From Octopus bimaculoides (Eukaryota), in the NCBI RefSeq assembly GCF_001194135.2, contig NC_068981.1, positions 193,829,142 to 193,867,893 on the forward strand: a stretch of 38,752 nt of DNA. Reading direction: 5' to 3'. Shown here piece by piece: positions 1 through 10,978 of this stretch; the first letter of the stretch is position 1, and each line of letters starts with the position of its first letter. The notes beneath the pieces are model-generated. The model was given only the letters and a program-made list of their open reading frames with translations. It made no database searches and had not been told where the DNA came from. Made by a program: the position numbers and the translations under genes.

Positions 1-1855
1 TATATATATGTATATGTATATACACGTATGTATATATATATATATTATGTATATGGGATATAATCCAAGCTGTGCCCTCTTGAAGCACATCTGCACACTT
101 TCTTATTCCAGTACTCCAAAATTGTATGTTCGTGTTGTATTTGCGTGACGCATGCATAAGAGCTGAAAAATACTGGAAATCAGTTTTTGCCGTGTAATGC
201 TATCAAAATAGGAGACTGGAAAAAAAACTTTGATATTATTTATTCATCACTATACGTGTTTCATTTCCCAGTAGGAATTACAAAGGTGTATTACGTGTAA
301 TGGTGAATAAATACACCAAAACTCTTTTCCAACCTTTTGTTTATTAATCATCCACTGCAGTCGGGGTATATATTTTTATCATTCACCCACGACAGTGGAC
401 ACATATACTCTTACGTTCAACTTCTAGTAACTGGCGAGTATTTCGAGGCGTCATCACTTATTTACTTCTCAACCAAATTGAATGCGGTTCTTTTTAGCCA
501 TGATGGTCCAGTTTTCAGCTACATTTTGAAATCAAATAACTGAAATGTCGTTCATTCACGGAAAAGTTAGGTCAAAATTTGTGAGGACAAAGTGGGAGAA
601 TAAGGCGAAAAATTGAGCTTGAATCAAAATATCTGTTATTTCAAAAGAAAAGTAAAAATTAAATGGGTTTCAAAAAGTGTGTTCATTGGGAAGAATCTCT
701 TAGTGGAAAACCTCATTAAAAAATATTAGCTAGGAAAAAAGTTGTATGGCTTCAAGTGATGAAAAAATGGTAAGTAGCCCCAAAGACTGGCTTTGAATCA
801 AAATATCTGAGCTATTGTTAAAAAAAAACTATACAATAATTGTGTTCAAATGAAAGAGTTCTATGAGGTGTATCTTATGGTGAAAACCTCGTCAAAAAGA
901 AGTAGTGTGGCTCTAAGTGACGAAAGAAAAGGTGATCATTTTAACAAATCAATATATTTTTGTCGTTTTAAGATATGTACCGCTTTGAAAGATGGCGTCA
1001 GCTTAACTAAATGGTACAGAGAGCTTAAATGGAGTTTGAGAAGTTCGGTGTTTGGCACTCTGTAGCAACTTGCTAGGCCACTTTTACCCCGTTTTTTAAT
1101 GGTATTTAACCAGTTTTCACAGATATTCTGCGCCTGAAATTTACTTGAGATGAAAAGAATTCTGTAAGAAAAATCTTATGATGAAAACCTTATAGAAAAA
1201 TATAAGCTCTTGTGTGACTTTAAGCGACGGGAAAAGGAGTGATAATTTGAACTAATCGAAATACTTTTTTGTCTTTTTAAGTGAAAAATAATATTACTTG
1301 AATCCAAATGAACGAGTTAATCGAGACGAAAATTCTGGAGAAAACCCTGTCTAAAAATATTAAGCTCATTTACTGTTTGTTCTGTACTTTTCCTGGTTCA
1401 ATACTTAAGCATATTCTAGGATTTTTCCTTCTGGTATATATATATATATATATATANNNNNNNNNNTATGGATAATACCGTACTAAATTCTGGTGCCTCA
1501 AATTAAGTACCATATTCATCTGAATATATATATATATATATATATATAATCAGAAAGAGAGGTTGTCTTAGGAAAAACAAAGGTTATGTTATAAACATTA
1601 CCTTACAGATGTTTCTGTTACCAGGTGCAGTGGACTCTCAGTTAAGCGCCTGAAGAACCCCTTATAGCTTGATCAGAACCTCGAATATGAAGTACAATTT
1701 ATTTGGGAAAAAAAAGAATGAATGACATTTTTGGAATAAACAGGGCAAGTCATTGCTGATGCATCTGGAGACGTGTGTCCAAAAGTCAGTTAGATTTGCT
1801 AATAGAAAAAGTAGGCAAAAGAAACAGAAAAAATATATGTATGTGTGTGTGTGTA

Positions 1856-2941
1856 CAGGGATTGGACAAAATAATGGAAACACCTAGCATTTATAGCATC
1901 ATGGCATCATAATTTTGAAATATCTATAAAACCGTCAAAAGCTTGTTTATTTTTATGTTTTTTTATTTATTATTAGTGTTGCTTAATGTCTTGCTAAAAT
2001 TGCTGTTTCTTTTCAGATATCATTAGAAAAAGCTAATTAAAAGTCGTTAAAATGACAGATCTATTGGACTTTCAAAGAGGTCAAATTGTTGGTGCTCATA
2101 TGACAGGCGTTAACGTAACGAAAACAGCCGAAATGCTGTCTTGAAAGTAATGACAGCCTTTGAGAAAGAGGGGAAAAATCTCTTCGTTGAAACAAAACTC
2201 CGGAAGAAAACTAAAACTTTCAGATAGGGACCGTCGGACTCTTACGTGAATTGTTAAAAAGGATCACAAAAATACAGCTCCCAAAATTACTGCAGAGCTT
2301 ACTGACCACCTCGAGAACCCAATTTTCACAAAAACCGTTCGCCGGGAACTGCACAAAGCCGGATTTCATGCGAGGGCTGCAATCAGAAAACCACTATTTT
2401 CAAAAACAAATGTTACAAAGCGTTTAGAGTGGAGTAAAAAAAACCCTACAGAATTGGTCCCTGGAGCAGTGGAAGAATGTCATTTTCTCGGATGAGTCAA
2501 CCTTTACCTTATTTCCGACCACTGGCCAAGTATATGTGTGGAAACAGCCAAAAGAAGCATTTGACCCAGACTGCCTTTTTCCAACTGTTAAACATTGAGG
2601 ATGATCTGTGACGATCTGGGGCGCTATATCTTGGAAATCCGCCAGCCCAGTGGTTTCTCTTCATGGCAGAATTAATAGTCAAGACTATTTAAGCATTTTA
2701 TCTGATCAAATTCATCCTATGGTTGTGGAACTGTTTCCGGAGGGAAACGCAATCTCTCAGGATGGTAATGCACCAATTCACACAGCTAAAGTTGTTACTG
2801 AATGGCACAAGGGACATTCTAGTGAAGTTGAACATCTTATCTGGCCACCACAGTCCCCAGATCTCAATATTATTGAACATTTATGGTACATTTTAGAAAA
2901 ACAAGTAAGGAGTCGATATCTTCCACCATCATCACTACAAG
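1856..2941 (+). mobile_element. Tc1-like DNA transposon copy 1 (DD36E-type), decayed; right end lost in or at the gap
   Basis: TA at 1854-1855, then TIR CAGGGATTGGACAAAATAATGGAAACACC (1856-1884). Transposase ATG at 2052 ([15 protein letters not shown]), with FSDES, QDGNAPIHTA and [15 protein letters not shown] motifs. Frameshifts and a deletion are present. Confidence 0.93.
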
Positions 2942-3329
2942 NNNNNNNNNNNNNNNNNNNNNNNNNNNNNNNNNNNNNNNNNNNNNNNNNNNNNNNNNNN
3001 NNNNNNNNNNNNNNNNNNNNNNNNNNNNNATATATAAATATATGCATATATACATACATACATGTACATACCTACATCTATATGTATACATACATGTATA
3101 TATGGGTACAGGACATCACAAAAAAAAAAGACATGCAACATAAAGAATATTCCCTTTCATCAGTTGTCCCTGTCCATCTACTCCAGCAGAAACAACTGTA
3201 AGTTAATGATGTTCAGAACATAAACACTGTTTTTCTTATTACTGCTCTATACTCATCTAACACATTGTTTTGAAACGCACATATATTGAGTTCTACATCG
3301 GATTGTTAGTCTCGCTACGCCTAAGCGAA

Positions 3330-3960
3330 ATATGCAGAAGTGACTGTGTGGTAAGAAGCTTGCTTCCCAACCACATGGTTCCGGGTTCAGTCCCACTGCG
3401 TAGCATCTTGGGCAAGTGTCTTCTACTATACCCTCGGGCCGACCAAAGCCTCGAGCGGATTTGGTAGATGGAAACTGAAGGAAGCCCGTCGTATATATAT
3501 ATATATATATATNNNNNNNNNNNNNNNNNNNNNNNNNNNNNNNNNNNNNNNNNNNNNNNNNNNNNNNNNNNNNNNNNNNNNNNNNNNNNNNNNNNNNNNN
3601 NNNNNNNNNNNNNNNNNNNNNNNNNNNNNNNNNNNNNNNNNNNNNNNNNNNNNNNNNNNNNNNNNNNNNNNNNNNNNNNNNNNNNNNNNNNNNNNNNNNN
3701 NNNNNNNNNNNNNNNNNNNNNNNNNNNNNNNNNNNNNNNNNNNNNNNNNNNNNNNNNNNNNNNNNNNNNNNNNNNNNNNNNNNNNNNNNNNNNNNNNNNN
3801 NNNNNNNNNNNNNNNNNNNNNNNNNGGTGTGTTTACGTCCCCGTAACTTAGCAGTTCAGTAAACGAGGCTGACAGAATAAGAACTAGGCTTACAAAGAAT
3901 AAGTTCTGGGGTCGATTTGTCCGACTAAAGGCGGTGCTCCAGCATAGCCGCAGCATTTCA
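3330..3960 (+). mobile_element. SINE family B (tRNA-like head, CORE-like CTTGGGCAAGTG, internal (TA)n/(TG)n array)
   Basis: GTGTGGTAAGAAGCTTGCTTCCCAACCACATGGTTCCGGGTTCAGTCCC head. The N gap sits inside the internal microsatellite. The tail GGGGTCGATTTG..GACTAAAGGCGGTGCTCCAGCAT is shared with other copies. Confidence 0.8.
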
Positions 3961-3961
3961 G

Positions 3962-4141
3962 CGGTACTTCGCCCAGTTGTTTGGGACGAATGGCGGTCCG
4001 GAACGCAGGGTGGACTTTAGTGTCTACCTCGACGGCATGCCACGACTCTCGGCAAGAGGGGCGAGGCGCTGCGAAATGTCGATAACTACTGCAGAAATAG
4101 AGAATGCGATGGTGAGCTGCACGGGGAACAAAATCACCTGA
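3962..4141 (+). mobile_element. Fragment of L1/Tx1-clade LINE ORF2, region just upstream of the RT domain
   Basis: Frame from 3962 reads RYFAQLFG...LDGMPRLS...ITTAEIENAMVSCTGNK, then +1 frameshift to SP. This matches the conserved 'IT-xEIxxAL...KSPG' pre-RT segment. The patch is locally GC- and CpG-rich. Confidence 0.65.
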
Positions 4142-4448
4142 AAAGAAAAATGAGGGTGGAGAAAGAGGTTCCGTCCCCACTCCCAGCAATTTTGTTAAAA
4201 GGTGAGTGAATGTTGCAAGAATGGCCCAGGTAAGTGGGCCTACTCTAAGTATGTGCCTGTAGACAAAGAGGAGAGGGTGCTTACCCTGGTGGTCAGGACT
4301 GCCGTGAGTTTTTTTTTTAATTTATGTAAACCCATTGTGGTTAGTAAAGAAAACGTTCGCCAAGGTCGACTTTGCCTTTCATAACACTGGGGTTCATGTA
4401 ACCGCCTAGTTCCCTCCCCCAGATTTCAGGCTTTGTGTCTATTATAGA

Positions 4449-4479
<31 letters not shown>

Positions 4480-5214
4480 GAGGGAAAAAGCAACGCATGC
4501 CATCAAAAGTGAAACTGTTGCACAATTAATTATACGAAGCCCATGACTATCCGTCTGATAAGGGTACACCAGACACATGCACCATAGCCATAAGTGCGTG
4601 ACATCGTGAACTTATATCAAAATAAACTTCCCCCTTGCTCTCTGCTGCTGCTCTCTCTCTCTCTCTCTCTCTCTGCGTGTAATTACACACACATATATAC
4701 ACAGCCAGGTAGTTAAACAGGTAGACTGACAGATACGTTGATAGATAAACAAATAGATAGATAGATAGATAGATAGAAGACCGCCAGGTCGTAACATTAT
4801 GACATTATGAATAAACTGCAGTATTATTGTTTTGCACGAACTCAGAATTTATCATTGAAAACCGTGACTGAAAGTTAACTACGACAGTGACAACAATAAC
4901 TGCACTCTATTACGTGGTGGTCACTATTCGGGTTACTTAAAATCCGCACACGAAGTGTTTAACTTCTGCAGACATCTGTCGCAAAGCATCCTGTCGGGCA
5001 CACCCTTCGCTAATATTATTTATTAGTTTTCTTTCTTGCTGATAATCTCATAAAATATCTGTGAAAATATCAACAGGAAATTATTGAAAAGAAAAAGAAA
5101 AATATGTCAACTATTTCACGATTATTTTGTGAATAGAAGTTCATTTATCTCTTAATGTGGGGAAATTAATTGAACAATATGGGATTGTCATTCATCCGCA
5201 ATGACCACCGCCTT

Positions 5215-5250
5215 TATATAATGAAGTGCAGTTGCTCTGTTACAGCAGTT
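5215..5250 (+). promoter_or_regulatory. Candidate core promoter: TATA box plus initiator-like element
   Basis: TATATAA at 5215-5221 and CAGTT (Inr-like, A at 5247) 32 nt downstream, in repeat-free sequence and followed by a consensus splice donor. Motif-level evidence only. Confidence 0.5.
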
Positions 5251-5286
5251 GAGAGAGGATTTTGAAACTAACTTGACGTCAACAAG
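5247..5286 (+). other. Candidate non-coding first (5'UTR) exon of the DD3-3-like gene
   Basis: Ends at a consensus donor AAG|GTGAGT (5286/5287) and contains no ATG. The ATG exon has an unexplained acceptor at 14143, which implies an upstream exon. Confidence 0.5.
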
Positions 5287-6143
5287 GTGAGTAGACCTTG
5301 ACAACATTGTTTCACAACACTTAACAACGATCTTCTTAATTAATTAACTGATTGATTCACTAATTAATTTCCCAATTACTTCAGCACACTTTTATGTATA
5401 ATTATATAAGTTTCCACCCTAACATTTATTACTTTTAGATCCTTTCTTCGTAAACAAGTCGTTAGAAATACCTTTTCATTTTGTAACAGAGTTGTTGCTT
5501 TTTATTTAAACTGTTTATATCCGATCTAGTTTGTATTTAAACTGTTTGTATCGATTTGTTTTAGTGAGACACTCACTCTGCTTTGAATATTTTGGATCGA
5601 AAGAGACAGGTATAAGCGAACTCTTTTAAACGTGACATCGGCTTAGAATGTAATGGAACATACATATACTTACATGAATATAGAGTAGCATACAAATATA
5701 CATATGAACAGATAAACACATACACACACATACGCACAAAAGAAAATCCAAACTGTGTGACCTATATATGTGTGTATATATATATATATATGATCTTGTG
5801 TGTGTGTTTGTTTATTTGTTCACAGCATGGTTTGTGTGTAATTTGTATGTGCACAGACTTGTATAGAAGTCTAATATATTACTAAAACGATGTGTGTATA
5901 TGTGTGTGTGTTTTGACAGATAAACAAACTACTAACACTGCCATGCGTGCCGGATCAGCTGACACAGTTGCGGTTTGAAGAGTCTTGTTACAATCGGAAT
6001 TCCGTTCGGTTGGCAACTTTTTCCTGTTTGATATCGAAATGTCGCCGAGTTCTTGAGATAGTGAGTGCGACGTTTTAACATCTAAGCCACGCGCCTTCAC
6101 GGATATGTGACGTATCTATATCATAGTATTATTCTCAAGTCAC

Positions 6144-6342
6144 AAGGCGGTGAGCTGGCAGAACTGTTAGCTCGCCGGGCGACATGCTGAGCGGTATTGT
6201 TCAAAATCCGCCGAGGTTGACTTTGCCTTTCATCCTTTCGGTGTTGATAAATTAAGTCCCAAAATGGAAACAATGGTGTCGATGTAATCGACTAGTCCCT
6301 CTCTCACCAAATTTCAAGCCTTTGCATCTATAGTAGAAAGGG
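6144..6342 (+). mobile_element. SINE family A (tRNA-like head, central GGTCGACTTTGCCTTTCATCC domain, tail type ii)
   Basis: Head GGCGGTGAGCTGGCAGAA and B-box-like GTTCAAAATCC. Flanking 15-bp TSD ttattctcaagtcac (6129-6143) / ttactctcaaatcac (6343-6357). Confidence 0.8.
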
Positions 6343-6371
6343 TTACTCTCAAATCACCTGTAGACAGGGTA

Positions 6372-6750
6372 TTCGTTTCTATTCTAGGCGACAGGCCCGA
6401 AACTTTGGGAGAGGGGGGGGGGCTAGTCGATTAGATCGATCCCTATTACGCAACTGGTACTTAATTTATCGGGCAAACGAATTACTGCTAAGCATTTCGT
6501 TCGGCGTGCTAACGTTTCTTATTTCTTTATTGCCCACAAGGGGCTAAACATAGAGGGGACAAACAAGGACAGACAAAGGGATTAAGTCGATTACATAGAC
6601 CCCAGTGCATAACTGGTACTTAATTTATCGACCTCGAAAGGATGAAAGGCAAAGTCGACCTCGGCGGAATTTGAACTCAGAACGTAGCAACTGGCGAAAC
6701 ACCGCTAAGCATTTCGCCCGGCGTGCTAACATTTCTGCCAACTCGCCACC
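6372..6750 (-). mobile_element. Two adjacent SINE family A copies (tail ii, then tail i)
   Basis: Reverse complement of the family A head and central domain. Tail i is GGGGACAAACAAGGACAGACAAAGGGATTAAG; tail ii is GGCCCGAAACTTTGGG. Confidence 0.8.
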
Positions 6751-7046
6751 TGTGTAGGCAGAGTATTGTAATTTTAAAAGTTTTTACTTGTCCTGGATGC
6801 CTGAATTAAAAGTGACATTATCCAGGGATTCAGAATATGTTACATAACTAATTTAAGTTTAGGCGATCTTTGGTTTCAGGTATAACGATTTTAGGTACAT
6901 ATATCAGCAGGCGAGATAACGAAATGAAAACAGTCAGTGGCAATACAAAAGTAGACCTGGGTATTCCAAGTAAGCGAAATGAATATGTAAATGTTTAGAA
7001 GTCGGTTATTTAATCTCATTAAATGGAAACATTAATCCGAATATAT

Positions 7047-7190
7047 TCTTTTCTACTCTAGGCACAAGGCCCGAAATTTTGGGGGAGGGGGCCAATCGAT
7101 TAAATCGACCCCTGTACGCAACTGGCACTTAATTTATCGACCCTGTAAGGATGAAAGGCAAAGTCGACCTCGGCGTAATTTGAACTCGCA
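7047..7190 (-). mobile_element. SINE family A (tail ii), 5' truncated
   Basis: GGCACAAGGCCCGAAATTTT...GGATGAAAGGCAAAGTCGACCTCGG...TTTGAACTC shared with other copies. Confidence 0.8.
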
Positions 7191-7253
7191 TTAATTTAAT
7201 GTTCTCTTCGGTTAAATATTTCCAAATAGCTTTTACCTAGACAGTGTCGAAAG

Positions 7254-7600
7254 CAGGGCCGAATTAGGACCCATAAAGGCCCTAAACACTGAAAAGATTT
7301 TGGTGCCCCGTTTTTATATGTAATTCTATATTTTTATTTTTCAAAATAAAACAAAACTAACATTAAGATGAAAGATAATGTTTATTTTCGTACATTTCCC
7401 CTTTATTTCTGTTGGAAAAGTTTGCTCCTACTTTTTTTTTTAATTGCAAAGTCTTTGATCCGATCCCCAAAAACTAATCTCACGTAACACATCAGCTTGT
7501 ATACTTTGTAGAGATAAAGCATCTCGAATATCATTTTAGCAAGTTTAGAGTGATTTCTCTTGTGCCGTAAACCATTTACCATTTCTGTTCAATTAACCTT
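7254..7600 (-). mobile_element. Decayed hAT transposon 3' end (C-terminal dimerisation-domain remnant plus terminus)
   Basis: Terminus CAGGGCCGAATT at 7254. The minus strand around 7560-7410 reads, across frameshifts, SKLA...DALSLQSIQADVLREISF..IKDFAIKKSRSKLF, like hAT C-termini (ERSFSKL...RLxxLxLLSIE...DFA.KK). The partner TIR was not found. Confidence 0.55.
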
Positions 7601-7761
7601 CTCGAAGTTAGAGTATGCGTTGCTGCGGATCTACTAGATCAGAACCCATTCTGATTTTGTCGTTGATGTTTATCGATACTGGGTTGAAATAGGATAATTT
7701 TGTTGGTGATTTTGGCCACTGTTGAAGATAATATAATATTTCTATAGTTCTTGGTATCACT

Positions 7762-7910
7762 GAGAGTTCAAATTCCGCCGGGGTCGACTTTGCTTTTCAT
7801 TCTTTCGGGGTCGATAAATTAACTGTACCAGTTGCATACTGGGCTCGATCTAATCGAATGGCCCGTTCCCCAAAAATTTCGGGCCTTGTGCCTAGAGTAG
7901 AAAAGAATAT
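7762..7910 (+). mobile_element. SINE family A (tail ii), inverted relative to 7047-7190
   Basis: GAGTTCAAATTCCGCCGGGGTCGACTTTGC...CGGGCCTTGTGCCTAGAGTAGAAAAG. Confidence 0.8.
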
Positions 7911-8097
7911 TTATTTTTACTAGCAAGTGCCAGTTCTTTTGGTCAAACTATCGTATCTCCAGCTGCTTCAGACGCCAAGAAATAAAAAAATTGTCAAAGA
8001 GTAGTACAGCATAGCTCCCGCCAGAATACCTCTCCGGAACACAGAAGCACCCAAGCCACTCCACCGCGGCAGGCTGCTTAATCAGACGTATAAGTTT

Positions 8098-8434
8098 TTG
8101 TGACCCTTTGGTCATGAATGGCCATCAGATTGCGCCTAGAAAGTTACCCTCCGACGCACAAGTCTGGGCAAGGTTGCTTATGGAAGACCAGCAGTCGCCC
8201 ATGCATACCAGCCTCCCCTCTCCACACCACTGATGTTATCCAGGAGAAAGACAAAGGGGTCGATACAGCTTGGCACCAGTGAGGTCGCAGCTCATTTCTA
8301 CAGCTGAGTGAACTGGAGCAACATCAAATAAAGTGTCTTGCTCAAGAACACAACACGCAGCCCGGTCTGGGATCCGAACTCACAACCTCACGATCGTAAG
8401 CTCGACGCCCTAATCACTGAGCCATGCGCCTTCA
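8098..8434 (-). mobile_element. SINE family D (tRNA-like head plus CORE-like segment), full length with TSD
   Basis: Minus-strand head GGCGCATGGCTCAGTGATTAG...GAGTTCGGATCCC and TGTTCTTGAGCAAGACACTT segment. Perfect 15-bp TSD CAGACGTATAAGTTT at 8083-8097 and 8435-8449. Partial relatives lie near 13876-13945, 17590-17710 and 26330-26447. Confidence 0.85.
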
Positions 8435-9534
8435 CAGACGTATAAGTTTAAATATTTTTGAATTTTTTTTTTTTAATATTTAGACGTATAAGTTTAAATA
8501 TTAAAAATTTCANNNNNNNNNNNNNNNNNNNNNNNNNNNNNNNNNNNNNNNNNNNNNNNNNNNNNNNNNNNNNNNNNNNNNNNNNNNNNNNNNNNNNNNN
8601 NNNNNNNNNNNNNNNNNNNNNNNNNNNNNNNNNNNNNNNNNNNNNNNNNNNNNNNNNNNNNNNNNNNNNNNNNNNNNNNNNNNNNNNNNNNNNNNNNNNN
8701 NNNNNNNNNNNNNNNNNNNNNNNNNNNNNNNNNNNNNNNNNNNNNNNNNNNNNNNNNNNNNNNNNNNNNNNNNNNNNNNNNNNNNNNNNNNNNNNNNNNN
8801 NNNNNNNNNNNNNNNNNNNNNNNNNNNNNNNNNNNNNNNNNNNNNNNNNNNNNNNNNNNNNNNNNNNNNNNNNNNNNNNNNNNNNNNNNNNNNNNNNNNN
8901 NNNNNNNNNNNNNNNNNNNNNNNNNNNNNNNNNNNNNNNNNNNNNNNNNNNNNNNNNNNNNNNNNNNNNNNNNNNNNNNNNNNNNNNNNNNNNNNNNNNN
9001 NNNNNNNNNNNNNNNNNNNNNNNNNNNNNNNNNNNNNNNNNNNNNNNNNNNNNNNNNNNNNNNNNNNNNNNNNNNNNNNNNNNNNNNNNNNNNNNNNNNN
9101 NNNNNNNNNNNNNNNNNNNNNNNNNNNNNNNNNNNNNNNNNNNNNNNNNNNNNNNNNNNNNNNNNNNNNNNNNNNNNNNNNNNNNNNNNNNNNNNNNNNN
9201 NNNNNNNNNNNNNNNNNNNNNNNNNNNNNNNNNNNNNNNNNNNNNNNNNNNNNNNNNNNNNNNNNNNNNNNNNNGGCAAGGAAAACAAAATGAAATGAAG
9301 TAAATATTGGGGAAAGTCTAAAACGTATGTTTCCTCCAGCTTTTAATTAATTACCAACATTCTGACGCATCGACAAGATAGCCTCGGAACATTTTCCTCT
9401 CTCTCTCTACACTTTCCAATACCAAATCTTCCATCGTTTTCTTCAATGCACTGTGACCACAATCCACTTGCGAAGTGAGCTCACGGACTATCACTCGTCT
9501 GTCAGTATCAATCATTTTAACTGTTTGTCTTCTA

Positions 9535-10068
9535 TTCTTTTACCTGTTTCAGTCATTAGACTGCGGCCATGCTGGGGCACCGCCTTGAAGAATTTTAGTG
9601 AAACGAACAAATTCTATTACTATTTTTTCTTTTAAAGTCTTGATTTATTCTATCGGACCCTTTTGCCAAAGCGATAAGTTATAATGGCTTAAACACACCA
9701 ACACCGGTTCCCAAGCGCTGGGTTGAGGGTGGGAGCGCAAACACACACACACACTGAGTTTCTTTCAGTTTCTTATTTCTTTATTGCCCACAAGGGGCTA
9801 AACATAGAGGGGACAAATAAGGACAGACAAAGGGATTAAATCGATTACATCGACCCAGTGCGTAACTGGTACTTAATTTATCAACCCCGAAAGTATGAAA
9901 GGCAAAGTCGACCTCGGCGGAATTTGAACTCAGAACGTAACGGCAGACGAAACACTGCTAAGCATTTCGCCCGACAGGGTAACTCTACTGCCATCTCGCC
10001 GCCTTTCTTCCAGTTTCTGTCTACCGAATCCACTCGCAAGGGTTTGGTCGGCCCGAGGCTATAGTAGA
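9535..10068 (-). mobile_element. SINE family B copy interrupted by a nested SINE family A (tail i) at 9774-10003
   Basis: Family B sequence on both sides. 15-bp TSD tttctttcagtttct (9759-9773) / tttcttccagtttct (10004-10018). Confidence 0.8.
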
Positions 10069-10436
10069 NNNNNNNNNNNNNNNNNNNNNNNNNNNNNNNN
10101 NNNNNNNNNNNNNNNNNNNNNNNNNNNNNNNNNNNNNNNNNNNNNNNNNNNNNNNNNNNNNNNNNNNNNNNNNNNNNNNNNNNNNNNNNNNNNNNNNNNN
10201 NNNNNNNNNNNNNNNNNNNNNNNNNNNNNNNNNNNNNNNNNNNNNNNNNNNNNNNNNNNNNNNNNNNNNNNNNNNNNNNNNNNNNNNNNNNNNNNNNNNN
10301 NNNNNNNNNNNNNNNNNNNNNNNNNNNNNNNNNNNNNNNNNNNNNNNNNNNNNNNNNNNNNNNNNNNNNNNNNNNNNNNNNNNNNNNNNNNNNNNNNNNN
10401 NNNNNNNNNNNNNNNNNNNNNNNNNNNNNNNNNNNN

Positions 10437-10800
10437 CGTTCTGAGTTCAAATTCCGCCGAGGTCGACTTTGCCTCTCATCCTTCGGGGTCGATTAAATAA
10501 GTACCAGTTATGCACTGGAGTCGGTATAATGGACTTAATCCGTTTGTCTGTCCTTGTTTGTCCCCTCTGTGTTTAGCCCCTTGTGGGCAATAAAGAAATA
10601 TGAAACGCTAGCACGCCGGGCCAAATGCTTAGTGGTATTTCGTCTGCCATTACGTTCTGATTTCAAATTCCGCCAAGGTCGACTTTGCCCTTCATCCTTT
10701 CGGGGGTCGATAAATTAAGTACCAGTTGCGTACTGGAGTCGATCTAAACGACTTGGCCCTCCCACAAAATTTCGGGCCTTGTGCCTGGAGTGGAAAAGAA
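10437..10800 (+). mobile_element. Two tandem SINE family A copies (tail i, then tail ii)
   Basis: Repeated GAGTTCAAATTCCGCC.AGGTCGACTTTGCC core with the two alternative tails. Confidence 0.8.
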
Positions 10801-10978
10801 TTAATGATTAACAGATTGACGGTTTGGTGCAGAAGTTTGCTTTCTTTCATAAGTCCATCAGTCCTAAGTTACTTCGGTGGTTGAAAAAGATGGACATGTG
10901 TAATATATGTGAAACGTGGATGCCAGTGAGATATGTCCTGTGTATCTTATGTGATACACGGGACATACAAAGGGTTAA

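Noticed and set aside
337-1065. Short ORFs 337..543 and 850..1065 as exons of an upstream gene
   Set aside because: No recognisable motifs, no convincing splice pairs, and 850..1065 lies in the degenerate repeat block.
1601-1650. Hammerhead-like string on the minus strand (CTGAGAGTCCACTGCACCTGGTAACAGAAAC)
   Set aside because: The core lacks the N7 position (CTGA-GA), stem II is interrupted and no stem I/III can be drawn. At most a decayed remnant.
4195-4240. Donor-like AAG|GTGAGT (about 4201) and CAG|GTAAGT (about 4229) as alternative first-exon ends
   Set aside because: They sit between a LINE fragment and a SINE with no TATA/Inr at a proper distance. They are less well supported than 5286 but cannot be excluded without RNA data.
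8360-8434. tRNA-like sequences (here and at 6144, 20031, 23490, 27550, 32917) as real tRNA genes
   Set aside because: They have A/B boxes but no complete cloverleaf or acceptor stem, and each continues into a repeated SINE body.
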